NCBI RefSeq assembly: GCF_963506605.1 | Contig: NC_083292.1 | Coordinates: 23,560,001-23,624,000, forward strand | Direction of reading: 5' to 3' | DNA from: Zootoca vivipara | Taxonomy: Eukaryota | DNA: 64,000 bases | Shown here: positions 11,674 to 23,517 of the stretch, one piece after another | Layout: every line of letters starts with the position of its first letter | Numbering within the stretch: the first letter of the stretch is position 1 | Notes under the pieces: model-generated | Seen by the model: the letters and a program-made list of their open reading frames with translations, nothing else | The model's database searches: none | What the model was told of the DNA's origin: nothing | Position numbers and translations under genes: made by a program

Positions 11674-14600
11674 TATCCACCACAGCCAGACATTACAAAA
11701 AATGAAACCCGCCTCCAGGATAATCCTAAATCACCACACCCAGTCACTGTTAAAACCCATCTCCATGAGAATAAGCCCCCAAAACCCCAAACATCATTTA
11801 GCAAGGAAGGAAATGATTTTATTCTAAAGAATGGGCAATGCCTGATGGCCAATCTAGAGCAACTTCAGCAGTCTCAGGATACACTGATCGATGAACTCTC
11901 GGCCCTAAGAAAACATATTTTCCTTCTAGCTCCTCCGGCCCCTTTGGATTATTATTACGCCAATCACAAAACAAAGCCCCTATCTAATGAGGAGTGGTTG
12001 GCATGTCAATACCTGACCCCGGAAGAAATGGGCCCCCCAACACTTCCTTCAACACCAAAATTGACAACACACCAAGTTGAACTGGTGCAGCCTAGGCCTG
12101 GAAATGGTTCAGTCTTTGTGGACAAACTTGGCACTTTAGAAACCATTCAGGCAGAAGACTGACACAGGAACCCAGGGGACGGGTGCCTTGATGGACAAAC
12201 TGTGCACTTTAATTTAATCCGGGATGTGGCGGGAGGGGCTATACTTATACCTATTGGAGATGTCTGTCCATCCGATTCTACATATCATCATTATATCCTT
12301 CCTATTCAAGAGACTGGGCCTAGGGCAGATCTGTTATTGAAGGGACATCACTCCTTTGGGGAGGACGCTGACACGGGGCTAGGGATCACCACTGTCGATG
12401 GGCGAGGGAGGTATGGTGGTGGGGGTAGATTTCACAGACGAAGGGTTTTGAGATGTGGTGATGCTCGAATCCCTTCCAATCTACGCCCCATCCCGAGGGA
12501 CGAGGGTAGGGTGAGCAGGGATTATCCACCTCCGTCACTGGTGTTGTGCAATGCCAGGTCCATAGGCAATAAAACCGCCACTATGCGAGACTTTTTTATC
12601 TCACTGGGGGTTGACCTGGCTTGTGTGACGGAGACCTGGGTACGTGAAGGTGAAGTAGTTGCATTACATGAAATAACACCCCCTGGGTTCTCCGTCCTCC
12701 ACCAGTCACGGACTGTGGGTCGGGGGGGAGGGGTGGCGTTGTTAATCCGGGAGGATTGCTCTTTCAGGGCTCTGCCATCACCATCAATCACCGGCATTGA
12801 ATGTGTTGACCTAGTGTGGGGCACCAAGGAGGGCTTGGCTGTCTGGCTGGTGTACCGACCACCCAGCGCACCAGCAGCCACCCTGTCGGACCTGTTGGAG
12901 GTGGTGGCCGGCTGGGCCTTGGAGTTCCCTAACTTATTGGTTTTGGGGGACTTCAACATCCATGCCGATGCCACCCCCTCCTCACGGGTTCCGGACCTGG
13001 TGTCTTCCATGGCGACATTAGGGCTCTCCCAGTTTGTTTTGGGTCCCACACACCAAGCAGGCCACACGCTGGATTTGATTTTTGGTGCAGGTATAGATGT
13101 GATCATGTCCCCAATTATGGAAGTGCCATGGTCTGATCACTACGCTCTGAAAGCCAGGATTGACTTACCGCCTCTGCCCCGCTTGGGTGGTGAGCCGATT
13201 TGGGCTCGTCCGCGAAGGCTGATGGATCCTGATAGATTCCATCAGGCTTTACGGGACCCTGCTCCCCCTGGTGGCTCGTTAAATGAGCTGGTCGAGAACT
13301 GGAATAACTGGCTCTTGGCGGCCATTGATGAGATCGCACCTAAGTGCCCTCTGCAACCCCGCTGAAACCGGGCCCCTTGGTTCACCGAGGAACTTCGGAA
13401 AATGAAGCGGGACCTCAGACGGCTTGAGCGAGTATGGCGGCATACTCGCGACGGAGCCTCAAGAACATCTTATAGGTCGCTTATGAAAACCTAGAGGTGG
13501 CGGTGAAAGCCACAAAGAAGTCTTACTTCTCAGCTTCCATCGCATCCGCTAGCTCTTGCCCGGCACAACTTTTTCGAACAATCAGGTCTCTAACAGTCAA
13601 ATTTAAGCACAAATTCGACCCATAGCTGTGAGGCATTTGCGAGCTTTTTTGCGGAGAAAGTCTTGACACTTCGCCATGACCTTTCTGCCAATTTTGATAC
13701 AATAGCGGAACTAGAGGCCCCTCGACTGTCTTCGAGTTTAGTATTGGACCATTTCGACCACATACTCCCCGCTGATGTCGACAGATTCCTCCAGGCTGGG
13801 AGGCCCACCACTTGCTCCCTAGACCCCTGCCCGTCCTGGCTGATTAGAGCGTGTCCAGACGAGGTACGGGGCCCCCTGGTTGAGATTATCAACTTGTCTC
13901 TCAGTTCAGGGACTTTCCCAGAGGAGTTGAAGGAAGCAGTGGTGCGTCCGCTCTTAAAGAAAGCATTGTCAGATCCGCTAGATCTATCCAATTATCGCCC
14001 TGTTTCAAATCTTCCATACTTGGGTAAGATAATTGAAAGAGCGGTTGCCGCACAGCTCGGTAGGTTTCTGGATGAAACATTGGCTTTAGATCCATTCCAG
14101 TCCGGCTTTCGTCCCGGCCACGGGACCAAGACAGCACTGGTCGCCCTAACAGATGACCTCCGTAAACAGCTGGATCAAGGCGGGTCGGGGCTGCTGATTC
14201 TTCTAGATCTGTCAGCCGCCTTCGACATGGTCGATTATGAGCTTTTAGACCACCGCCTTGCCGACGTGGGGATTCAGGGTACAGTCCAACAATGGCTGCG
14301 TTCCTTTATCTCAGGTCGGGGACAGAGGGTGGCGCTAGGGAGGGGGTTGTCACCGCGGCACTCCTTGGTGTGTGGAGTCCCGCAAGGTGCAATCCTTTCC
14401 CCAATGCTTTTTAATATCTTCATGCGCCCCCTTGCCCAGATTGTCCGGAGTTTTGGGCTGGGTTGTCATCAATATGCTGATGACACCCAGATTTATCTGT
14501 TGATGGATGACCGTCCTGCCTCGGCCCCGGACACATTGACCAAGTGCCTGGAAGCTGTTGCTGGATGGCTACGTGGGAGTCGGCTGAAGCTAAATCCTTC

Positions 14601-15548
14601 GAAGACAGAGGTCCTGGGTCGGGATGACATGGGGCGGGGGGGCCAACTTCCATCTTTCGCTGGGGCCCAATTAGTGTCAGCCCCTTCTGTCAAGAGCTTG
14701 GGGGTAACCTTGGATGCCTCCCTTTCCATGGAGGCACAGGTTGCAACCACAGCCAAGGTGGCATTTTTCCATCTCCGCCGCATTAAGCAGTTGGTCCCCT
14801 ATCTCTCTCAACCTGATCTAGCCACAGTGATCCATGCGATGGTCACCTCTAGGCTTGATTATTGTAATTCGCTCTACGCGGGGCTGCCCTTGAAACTGAC
14901 CCAGAAACTCCAGCGGGTGCAGAATGCCGCGGCGAGGCTCCTTACGGGGTCCCGGCTGCGGGATCATATTCATCCAGTGCTTTACCAACTGCACTTGCTC
15001 CCGGTGGAGTACAGGATCAGGTTCAAGGTGCTGGTTTTGACCTTTAAAGCCTTATGCGGCTTAGGACCCTCGTACCTACGGGACCGCCTCTCCCGGTATG
15101 ACCCACAGAGGACATTACGGCCCACAAATAATAACATATTGGAGATCCCGAGTCACAAGGTGGCTAGGCTGGCCTCGACCAGGACCAGGGCCTTCTCAGT
15201 ACTGGCCCCGACCTGGTGGAACGCTCTGTCCCAGGAGACTAGGGCCCTGCGGGATTTGTCATCTTTTCGTAGGGCCTGCAAGACAGAGCTGTTTCGTTTG
15301 GCCTTCGGACTGACGCAGTCTGACCCCACGGTTACCCTCCCCTAAGGTTTTATTTATAATGGTTTTATCTTATTCGTAGATTTTTAATTTAAAAATTGAA
15401 TTTTAACATTGTATTATTCTGTTGTTTTAACTGAATTGTTTCTTTTATATTTGTGTTGATATTATTTGTTGTTAGCCGCCCTGAGCCCGGTCTTGACTGG
15501 GAAGGGCGGGGTATAAATAAAAATTATTATTATTAATTATTATTATTT
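11674..15548 (+). mobile_element. Young but defective L2-clade LINE (upstream ORF1-like remnant plus APE-RT ORF2)
   Basis: APE motifs CNARS, VTETW, YRPP, GDFN, SDH. RT motifs LDLSAAFD, GVPQG, YADD. Nonsense TGA at 13363-13365 and two frameshifts near 13492 and 13595. (TTA)n tail. Confidence 0.9.
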
Positions 15549-16034
15549 TAAGGGATTTTCCCTTATGCTGAATAGGCTTCCTCGCGAGAAAAGGGAAAAC
15601 TTGGCAGCTATGAGCCTACCCAGTCTCCTAGTTTGACATTAACTTGAAAATGGACACGTTGCACTTTAAAAAATTTAACCCATTTTTGAAACAACAGAAT
15701 CTCCCATCTTTGCTACTAACTTTTGAGCAGGCCAATCACAAGCCAGTGTGCTGTAATGGTTTTGACCAAGGTTCATATCCTGCCTTGGCCTGTGAAGCGC
15801 ACTGGATGACATTGGGCCAGCCTATCAGCCTAACTTACCTGACTAGGTTCATGGGGACCGTGTGCTCTTTGAAGGAAAAGGTGGTATATATGTTAGGGTT
15901 TGAAACGCTGGCAAATTAGCAAAGTCACGTGATTTTAAGTTGTTAAGGTGCTCAGTATATATAGAGTGTTTGTTTTGTTTGCCTGTGGGGTGTGGAGCAG
16001 CCATGTCTGAAAGCTCTGGAGGTGTTTCTGTTAT

Positions 16035-16534
16035 TGTAGGACCTAAGTCCCACCCGGGTAATAGGAGCAATGGAACCAACACAAAGAGGCAACATGCCAG
16101 GCAGGTTACAACAAGATTTATTTGTTCAGCATATGCTAAGCAAAGGTGCAGTGCAATAAGCTCGCAACCTGCACACCGACTGGTGGATGCACAATCCTTT
16201 TATACAGTCACAAACAGGCAACACCTGATTTCCTCGAAAACAAAACTTAACTACAAAAAGCACATGCATTCCAAACTGCCATACTCCCTTCTTATCTGAT
16301 CCTGTGAGCCTAGCTTGTATTCCCCTCCTTCCTTTATCCGGCCTTACTGGGTGTCTGGGTGTAGGCATTTGATAACAGTTTGCAAGCTACGTGTTTATGG
16401 CCCCTTGCTTTGTCACACTTCAAGCCCCTCTATACAATGTGCTGTGTATTTGAATCCTAAATACTATGCAACTATTTTCTTATCAATTATGTGTGTCTTA
16501 AAATAAAGGTATTGGCAGTGTTCATGGCCCTTCA
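16035..16534 (-). mobile_element. Probable solo LTR inserted in another LTR-like fragment
   Basis: TGTAGG...CCTTCA termini; 4-bp TSD ttat; minus-strand TATA (ttttata near 16198) and AATAAA (tttatt near 16117). Confidence 0.5.
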
Positions 16535-16863
16535 TTATCTGTCTGCAATAAAACTGTCTTTGAAAGTTGGGCTTCCGTGGGTCGTTACTGGCAAAGCTAC
16601 AAGACTTTTACCGCAACAAGAATCCAGCCGCTGTGCTTGATTAATGCTCTGCAAAGAGAACTGTTTCTGGTCTGCCCAGCGGAAGCGTTTTTACTGGACC
16701 AGTGCAGAAAAAAAGCCTCTTAATATAAATGTGATAAATAACCATCAATTTAGAGCTCTAACTTCCATCTAAGGGGAATTTAGGTAAGGGGGAGAGGAAA
16801 TGCTCCATTTGACCCAGAAGCGCAACCTACAGTGTAGTTAAGGTAAAGGTACCCCGACCGTTA

Positions 16864-17213
16864 GGGACCCAGGTGGCGCTGTGGTTAAACCACTGAGCCT
16901 AGGGCTTGCTGATCAGAAGGTCGGCGGTTCGAATCCCTGTGATGGGGTGAGCTCCCGTTGCTTGGTCCCAGCTCCTGCCAACCTAGCAGTTCGAAAGCAC
17001 GTCAAAATGCAAGTAGATAAATAGGAACCGCTACAGCGGGAAGGTAAACGGAGTTTCCATGTGCTGCTCTGGTTTGCCAGAAGCGGCTTTGTCATGCTGG
17101 CCACATGACCTGGAAGATATACGCCGGCTCCCTCGGCCAATAATGCGAGATGAGCGCGCAACCCCAGAGTCGGCCACGACTGGACCTAATGGTCAGGGGT
17201 CCCTTTACCTTTA
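16864..17213 (+). mobile_element. Full-length Sauria/Squam1 SINE
   Basis: tRNA-like head (TGGCGCTGTGG A box, GGTTCGAATCC B box); ACCTTT tail; duplication taccccgaccgttagg on both sides. Confidence 0.9.
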
Positions 17214-17529
17214 CCCCGACCGTTAGGTCCAGTCTTAGACCACAGCGCCACCTGCGTCCCATAGTGTAGTTCATATTTTCCCCTAAATCCCTGCTCTACA
17301 GCATGGGCATAGTCAGGATTTTTTGGGAGGGGGGGCAGAACCTACTTGATTGGTCAGTTAAGTGTTTCTCTTGTTCTACTTGATCTGGGGGGCAACTGCC
17401 GACCCTCCTTGGCTACAGGACCCATCAATGTAACATGTCGCCCTTAGACACGTGTACGCATTTCATGTAAACTTAAATTTGCAGCCTCCACACTCGCATG
17501 TTCAAAGACCCTGCTGTATCTCGCCGGGG

Positions 17530-17848
17530 AGGTGTTTGTGCGCACGCGCAACGCGACGTCAGCTGAACACTGCGCACGCGCCTCGCATCCTTTCCTCAGA
17601 GTTCAGGGCCTTACGGTTTGTGAGGGGGAGGGGCGCGCTAATGCGCGGCACCAGCAGAGCACTGCGCACGCGCGGCGACTTGGGCCCCTCCTTTCCTGTG
17701 GGTCAGCGCTGCCGCCACAGTCAGCGCGGCGGCCGCCATTTTGCGCGTCTTTCCTCCCTCCCTCCTCCTTTCCCCCTCCTCTCTCTTTCTCTCTCTCTCT
17801 CTCTCTTTCTGTCCCTGCCTGGCTCCGCTCGGTGAGAAGGGCGAGCCG
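17530..17848 (+). promoter_or_regulatory. RBM14 CpG-island promoter and 5' UTR
   Basis: Three TGCGCACGCG NRF1-like motifs (17539, 17571, 17663); GACGTCA near 17554; YY1 GCCGCCATTTT at 17732-17742; (CT)n tract before the ATG. Confidence 0.7.
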
Positions 17849-18197
17849 ATGCACCCGGGCGTGAAGGTGTTCGTGGGCAACCTGCCCGAGGAGACCTCGC
17901 AGGTGGAGTTGCGCGAGCTGTTCGAGGCGGCCGAGCCGGGCGAGGTCCTGCGGGTGGCCCTCATGAAGCAGTTCGCATTCGTGCACATGCGCGACGACGC
18001 CTCGGCCGAGCGCGCGATCCTCAAGCTCAACGGGCAGTTCCTGCACGGGCACCGCGTCGTCGTGGAGCCCTCCCGCCCCAGGCCCACGCACACCGTCAAG
18101 ATCTTCGTGGGCAACGTGCCGGCCGCCTGCACCAGCGGCGAGCTCCGCCTCCTCTTCCAGGAGTACGGGCCCGTCGTCGAGTGCGACGTCGTCAAAG
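17849..18197 (+). CDS. RBM14: RBM14 exon 1 (RRM1 and start of RRM2)
   Basis: [13 protein letters not shown]...[14 protein letters not shown]...[32 protein letters not shown]...VECDVVK G|gtacgg. Confidence 0.93.
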
Positions 18198-19872
18198 GTA
18201 CGGGAGGCGGAGGCGACCTCGGCCTCGAAACCCCACCGCCCGCCCCGCCCGAACCGCGGTGCCGCCGGGGAGGCGGGCGGCGTGTGCCTCTTCCCCTCTC
18301 GGCTGCGAAAGAGGCCGCTTCTCCCCCTCCTAAGTCGCCCCCGCCGCTCCTGATCCGCCTAGCTCGCCCGCCAGGTGTTGAAAGCGACAACGTCCCCCGT
18401 CTGCCGCCGTTGTATCTCTCCCCGCCCCCGCCTCCTCAGTAGCTGGAGATACTTGGAGGTAGACTGTCTCTAGCTGGGGAGGTTCTGTCCCTTGCTAATG
18501 CTTATCGGTAGGCTTGTTCCGCGAGAAGTCGCCTAGTTCTCGTGAGAGCGTAAAAAAGTTGGTTTGAGTGAGAAGGTAAAGAGCGCCTGTAAACGTATGC
18601 GGAGCGCGCCTTTTCCTGTTGAGTGATTGCAAGGACTAGCTTGCTGCGCTTAACGGTAGCTGAAATGCCCGGGACAGTAGACTTGGGGTTCTTTTCCTGA
18701 CACCTAAATGAAAAGCGTCATGCTTTGGGAAGGCAATTCTGTAACTGGCGCACACCGCTGACAGAAGCCTTATTCCTGATGGTGGGGCTAATGTGAAGAA
18801 GGGGAGTACTCTCAAGGCAGGATGGTGGGAGCATGGGCTTTCCATAATGTATGTTTATCCCAAGCTGCTGTGCAGTATTTTAAAGAGCCAGGCTGGTATG
18901 TTGAACAGGCTCAGAAATGTGGCCAGTTATGCATCCAGTGGCTCAGCTAGCAGCTGCATTTTTTTACCACTTGCAATTTCCAGATTGTTTTTTAAAGGCA
19001 GCCCCATGCACAATATCTGGCAGTAGTGAAATGGGAAATTGCCAGAGCATGGATCATTGTAGCTACACTATTCTTGTCCAGCAGAGGTGGTCAAAGTTTC
19101 ACTGTGCCGGAATTCGCGCATGTGCAGATGCCAGAAATCATGTCTATGCAGACGGCGGAAATCGCATCTGCACAGATGCTGGAAATCACGGGCACACACA
19201 CTCATGCATGCCCGCAATCCGGTCCACAGAGGGACCTCAGCTGGAGTGAACCGGCCCAGGCGAGGTAAACCTTGCTGACCCCTGGATTAGACAGTTGGTC
19301 CGTCTACTTTAAAACATTTCTCCAGCCCCAGCTGGCCCCTGAGAACTTCATAAGCAAAGTACCATGGAAGTGGCGACCCCGTTTATCACTAGGATTCAGT
19401 ATCCCAAAACACTAAACAGGAACATTTCCTTCTTAAATATCCTGTATTCTAATTTCTATTTAGTTCATCGACAGCTACCACTTATATAGCCAAAATGGCA
19501 ACAGACAAGCACAAGAGGGAGGTATTGACAGACTCTGGATGACCCTTGCAAAAGTTCCAAATACAAAAACTTCAAGGGGAAAAGGCCTAAGTGGGAGAAG
19601 TTCCAAAACAGTCCAATAAGAACTGAGTGTGCCTTGTGCTTGTGGAGAACTTGCTGTATTTGATGGGAGAAACTGGGTGGGAGGGAAGATTTAATGGGAA
19701 TTGCTGAAAAAGGAGAATGAAGGAAGAGACATAAACATAAAAAGTGTAGAGAGAACAATCTCTTTGTTTGAATTGCGGTCTTTTGGTTCATGCTGAGAAA
19801 CTATTTTTAAAGCTGCCCATAAAAATCAATGGAGAAATCCAAGATTTTAATGAATCTGGGATTGGGCACCAG

Positions 19873-20062
19873 TAGAATCATAGAATTGTGGAGTTGGAAG
19901 GGACCCCAGTGGTCATCTGTCCAACTCCCTGCAATGCAAGAACCTCTATTAAAGCATCAGTGACAGAAGACCATCCAACTTCTGCTTAAAAACTTCCAGT
20001 GAAGGAGAGTCCACCACTTTCCGTTCCACTGTCAAACAGCTCTTTCCATCAGAAAGTTCTTA
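19873..20062 (-). mobile_element. CR1 LINE 3' fragment
   Basis: tagaatcatagaat tail and ttccactgtcaaacagctct; similar to the 53044-53820 copy. Confidence 0.7.
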
Positions 20063-22473
20063 CACACACCCTCCAAACAACTCAATGCTTGGTAGGCACA
20101 CAGTGTTGACTTACTGCTGTGAGGGGTAGAAAATGGGGGTTCTGTATGAGATGAGATGGAGTGACTGGAATCCTGAACAGCAGCACTCAACCCTGAACAT
20201 TTTCTTTCAAGTCCCATCTGTTATTGAGAGATTTATTTCTCATTGGGTACTTTTCTGTACAATTTGAATACATTTTGACAGCAGGTGACCAGAATTATTT
20301 ACATTGTTCTAAATGCAGGTGCACCATAGATTTATATTTGACATAAGCAGACGCATCATATGCCACTTTACTCAAAAGTAAGTCTGTGTTCTCTGAGACT
20401 TGCTTCTAAGTTATTGTTGCTAGTACTATAGTTTCTTCCCCGCCCCCCCAGTACACCCATGCTGTGAGAAGTACTGCCTAATAAGTATTTGCAACAGACA
20501 CTCCTTCTGTACTATAAGGATACCAGAAGTGCTGTTCTTAGAGCAGAGTCAAAGGTAGAATTTTGCATGGTGGATACTGCTAGGACAGTGTGTGGTGTGG
20601 TCATGGGTATCTGTTTGCCCAAGTCTCCACTGGCAGGATTTTATAGTGCTTAAAATAAAAGTCCTATTGCCGTGTTAGAAAGGAGTAACATTTCTATTCT
20701 CTGCCTAGGCAGGAAAAGACCCCACTTCATTTTCCTTAGGGATGTTGCTTTTGGTCAACATCCCTGTCGTGCTTATTGCTGGTGTGCCTAAGGCAGTCCC
20801 ACCTCACTCCTCAGGTCTGAGACTCCATGCCCATATGTGCAGCCTCTAATGAGCCAGGGTTCTTCTGGTCTAGTGTTTAGGTTTCTTTTGTCTTTTCCCC
20901 TCCCACTCTCTTTTTAAGATTTATATGCAACTATTTGTAAATATGGAGAATTTCCCCAGTGATACCAAACAAAAATGGGGGGATAAAATTCATAGCTGAT
21001 GGGGCCCCTGTGGAGACTACTTGTATCTCCAAATCCAAATAGATAAAGTAAACAGATATTTATGAAAAAACGACCTAATAAATTCTGTGAGTGCCAACCA
21101 GTGTTTCAGTCATGGGCAAATGTATCCCTCAAGAGCCATAGGGAGGGAGTTCTCCAACTGATAACTGAACCAAGGTATGAGGTGTTGCCGCAATTGTAGC
21201 TGGTGAGTTTTTAACTGTTCCTCACAGCTTGTGTGGCTTGAATGTCCGTTTCTTAAACACATTTTTCAGCCACTTGGTTTGCAACTAAAAACCCTCACTT
21301 CATTTCTTCGTCAAGACATTATTTTGTAATTTTTAATAGTAACACGTGCTAGACAGAGCTTTAAAAAAATTAATGGTATGGTTGGAGAGGTTTTCCCCAC
21401 CAAGTAGTTTAGTCCTAAGGCTGGTAAGTAACTTTAAATCTGAAGCTGTCACCCCAAGCTGCAGGCCCCACCTCTCTCTCCTTTTATAACCCCAACTATT
21501 ACTGCCAAATGCACTTGCGTCGTCCTGTGCTTTTTGGGTAGGCATTTGCTTTGAAGAGTTTGCATATTCCTCTTCTCTGTCATTTGAGCTATGATGTGTC
21601 AAGCATTCCTTTTAGAGCTTTTCTGAATCTTCCATAATTTTAAAGGACCCGGCGGTGCATCGTGCTGTACAGAGCTTTCAATCGGAGGCAACTGTCTCTT
21701 CAGTCCCAACTTTATCATTTAAGTGGGTCAGGAGGAAGGTTCATATTTTGTTCCTCTCCTGTATTTCCAGTAAGCCGTATGACAGTGTCTTTAATTTGAG
21801 TTTACGTGTACACATCCTTCTCAATGCCACTTTCAGGTCTTGTTTGCAGCATGTAATCAAATGCAATATCTCATTTGTTCCAGGACAGCAAACCCATCCT
21901 GAACTGAAGTTTTCCCATTAATCTCCTGTGTAGGCTAGGGTGTATAGAAGCATACTGCACCTCAGGAGATGGTTTGGGTTTCACATCGCCAGGAGTGGTT
22001 GCTTCTCTCTCTTTCTCTAAACTGTTATTAGATGCATTCTTTTGTTTGGTCTAATGCTATCTCCTTGACTCCAGTTGTGTCTCTGTAAGCTCTGTTAATC
22101 ATTTCCTCCCTTGTGTTTCTTCTTCTGGATCAGTTTTTTTTTTAAGTACTTTGGCTGAGAACACTAAGACTTATGAAAATTCAGTTTGTGTTTGGGCTAG
22201 GTCAGCAATGTATCTCACCAGGGAAAAACAGATACAGTACATACTCATCTATGTTTGTGTGTATCCCCATCCCAATTGATAGGGAGGGTCAGAACAGAAT
22301 CTGTTGTGTGCTGCAGAATGAATGGCTTGCGGGTTTAGCAGTCTGCCATTTTATTATATTTTTCAAAATGTAGCTGCTTAAACACTGAAATACCACTCAT
22401 AGAACTGACAAGCATTGTCAAGAAATTTGCGCTAGTTGTTGCAGCTAGATATGTAAAAAATATCTATTTGTAA

Positions 22474-23517
22474 TGTTGTAAACAAAATCTGCTCCTTGCC
22501 CGTTTAGAATTCTTCGTAGGTTCTCCATCGGTAGGAGGAAATAACAGAGGCCAACCAGAGAATATTGAGAAGCAAAGCAGCTAGTAAGCCTGATCTTTAT
22601 TAAAACTGTTGCAACAGGGTGCTCCCCCCACACGCAGGAGAGAGGATGAGGTGTGCCAAAGGTGTGCCAGCCCTTATATAGACTTGAAATTGCCCACCCT
22701 CAAACTCAAGACCACCCCAAGAAACATCATACATAAATCACAGAAGGGGTGTAGCCCAGGACCACCACCCCATACATCATACATACATCACAGAAAGGTG
22801 GACTCCAGCAGAAATACATCAGGGGCAGTCTAAAACAGAATCCTGTGTGTTGCTTATCTCCTGTCTGCCAGGTTACCTGATTGCATTATCTGGGTTTTGG
22901 CCACTTGTTATTAAAGGTAAAGGGACCCCTGACCATTAGGTCCAGTTGCGGACGACTGGGGTTGCGGCGCTCATCTTGCTTTATTGGCCAAGGGAGCCGG
23001 CGTACAGCTTCTGGGTCATGTGGCCAGCATGACTAAGCCACTTCTGGCGAACCAGAGCAGCAGACAGAAATGCCGTTTACCTTCCCGCTGTAGCGGTACC
23101 TATTTATCTACTTGCACTTTGATGTGCTTTCAAACTGCTAGGTTGGCAGGAGCAGGGACCGAGCAACAGGAGCTCACCCCGTTGTGAGGATTCGAACCGC
23201 CGACCTTCTGATCGACAAGCCCTAGGCTCTGTGGTTTAACCCACAGCGCCACTTCTTAATTCCTGAATCCAGGTCACAGGCTCACTGTATTCACACCTTA
23301 AATGTGCCCTTAAGGCATGATTTGTGAGCACAGAGACAAGGGGAAGGTTATTTCATTTCCTCCCTCCTTGCAGAGAAACATTTGGTCAGTTTGGGAGAGT
23401 CAAAATGGTTTCAGGACTGTCTTCCTGTACTGTTTCAGACATGTGGTTTATATATTTATGTACGTGTTTGCCTTGTACATTTTATTTATATATTTGAGAC
23501 CTTAAATTCATATAACA
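22474..23517 (-). mobile_element. Solo LTR in RBM14 intron 1, interrupted by a SINE
   Basis: TGTTGTA...TATAACA termini; 4-bp TSD gtaa (22470-22473 and 23518-23521); minus-strand AATAAA near 22596 and TATA near 22673. Confidence 0.65.
22913..23252 (-). mobile_element. Sauria/Squam1 SINE
   Basis: Reverse complement of the 16864-17213 family. Confidence 0.9.
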
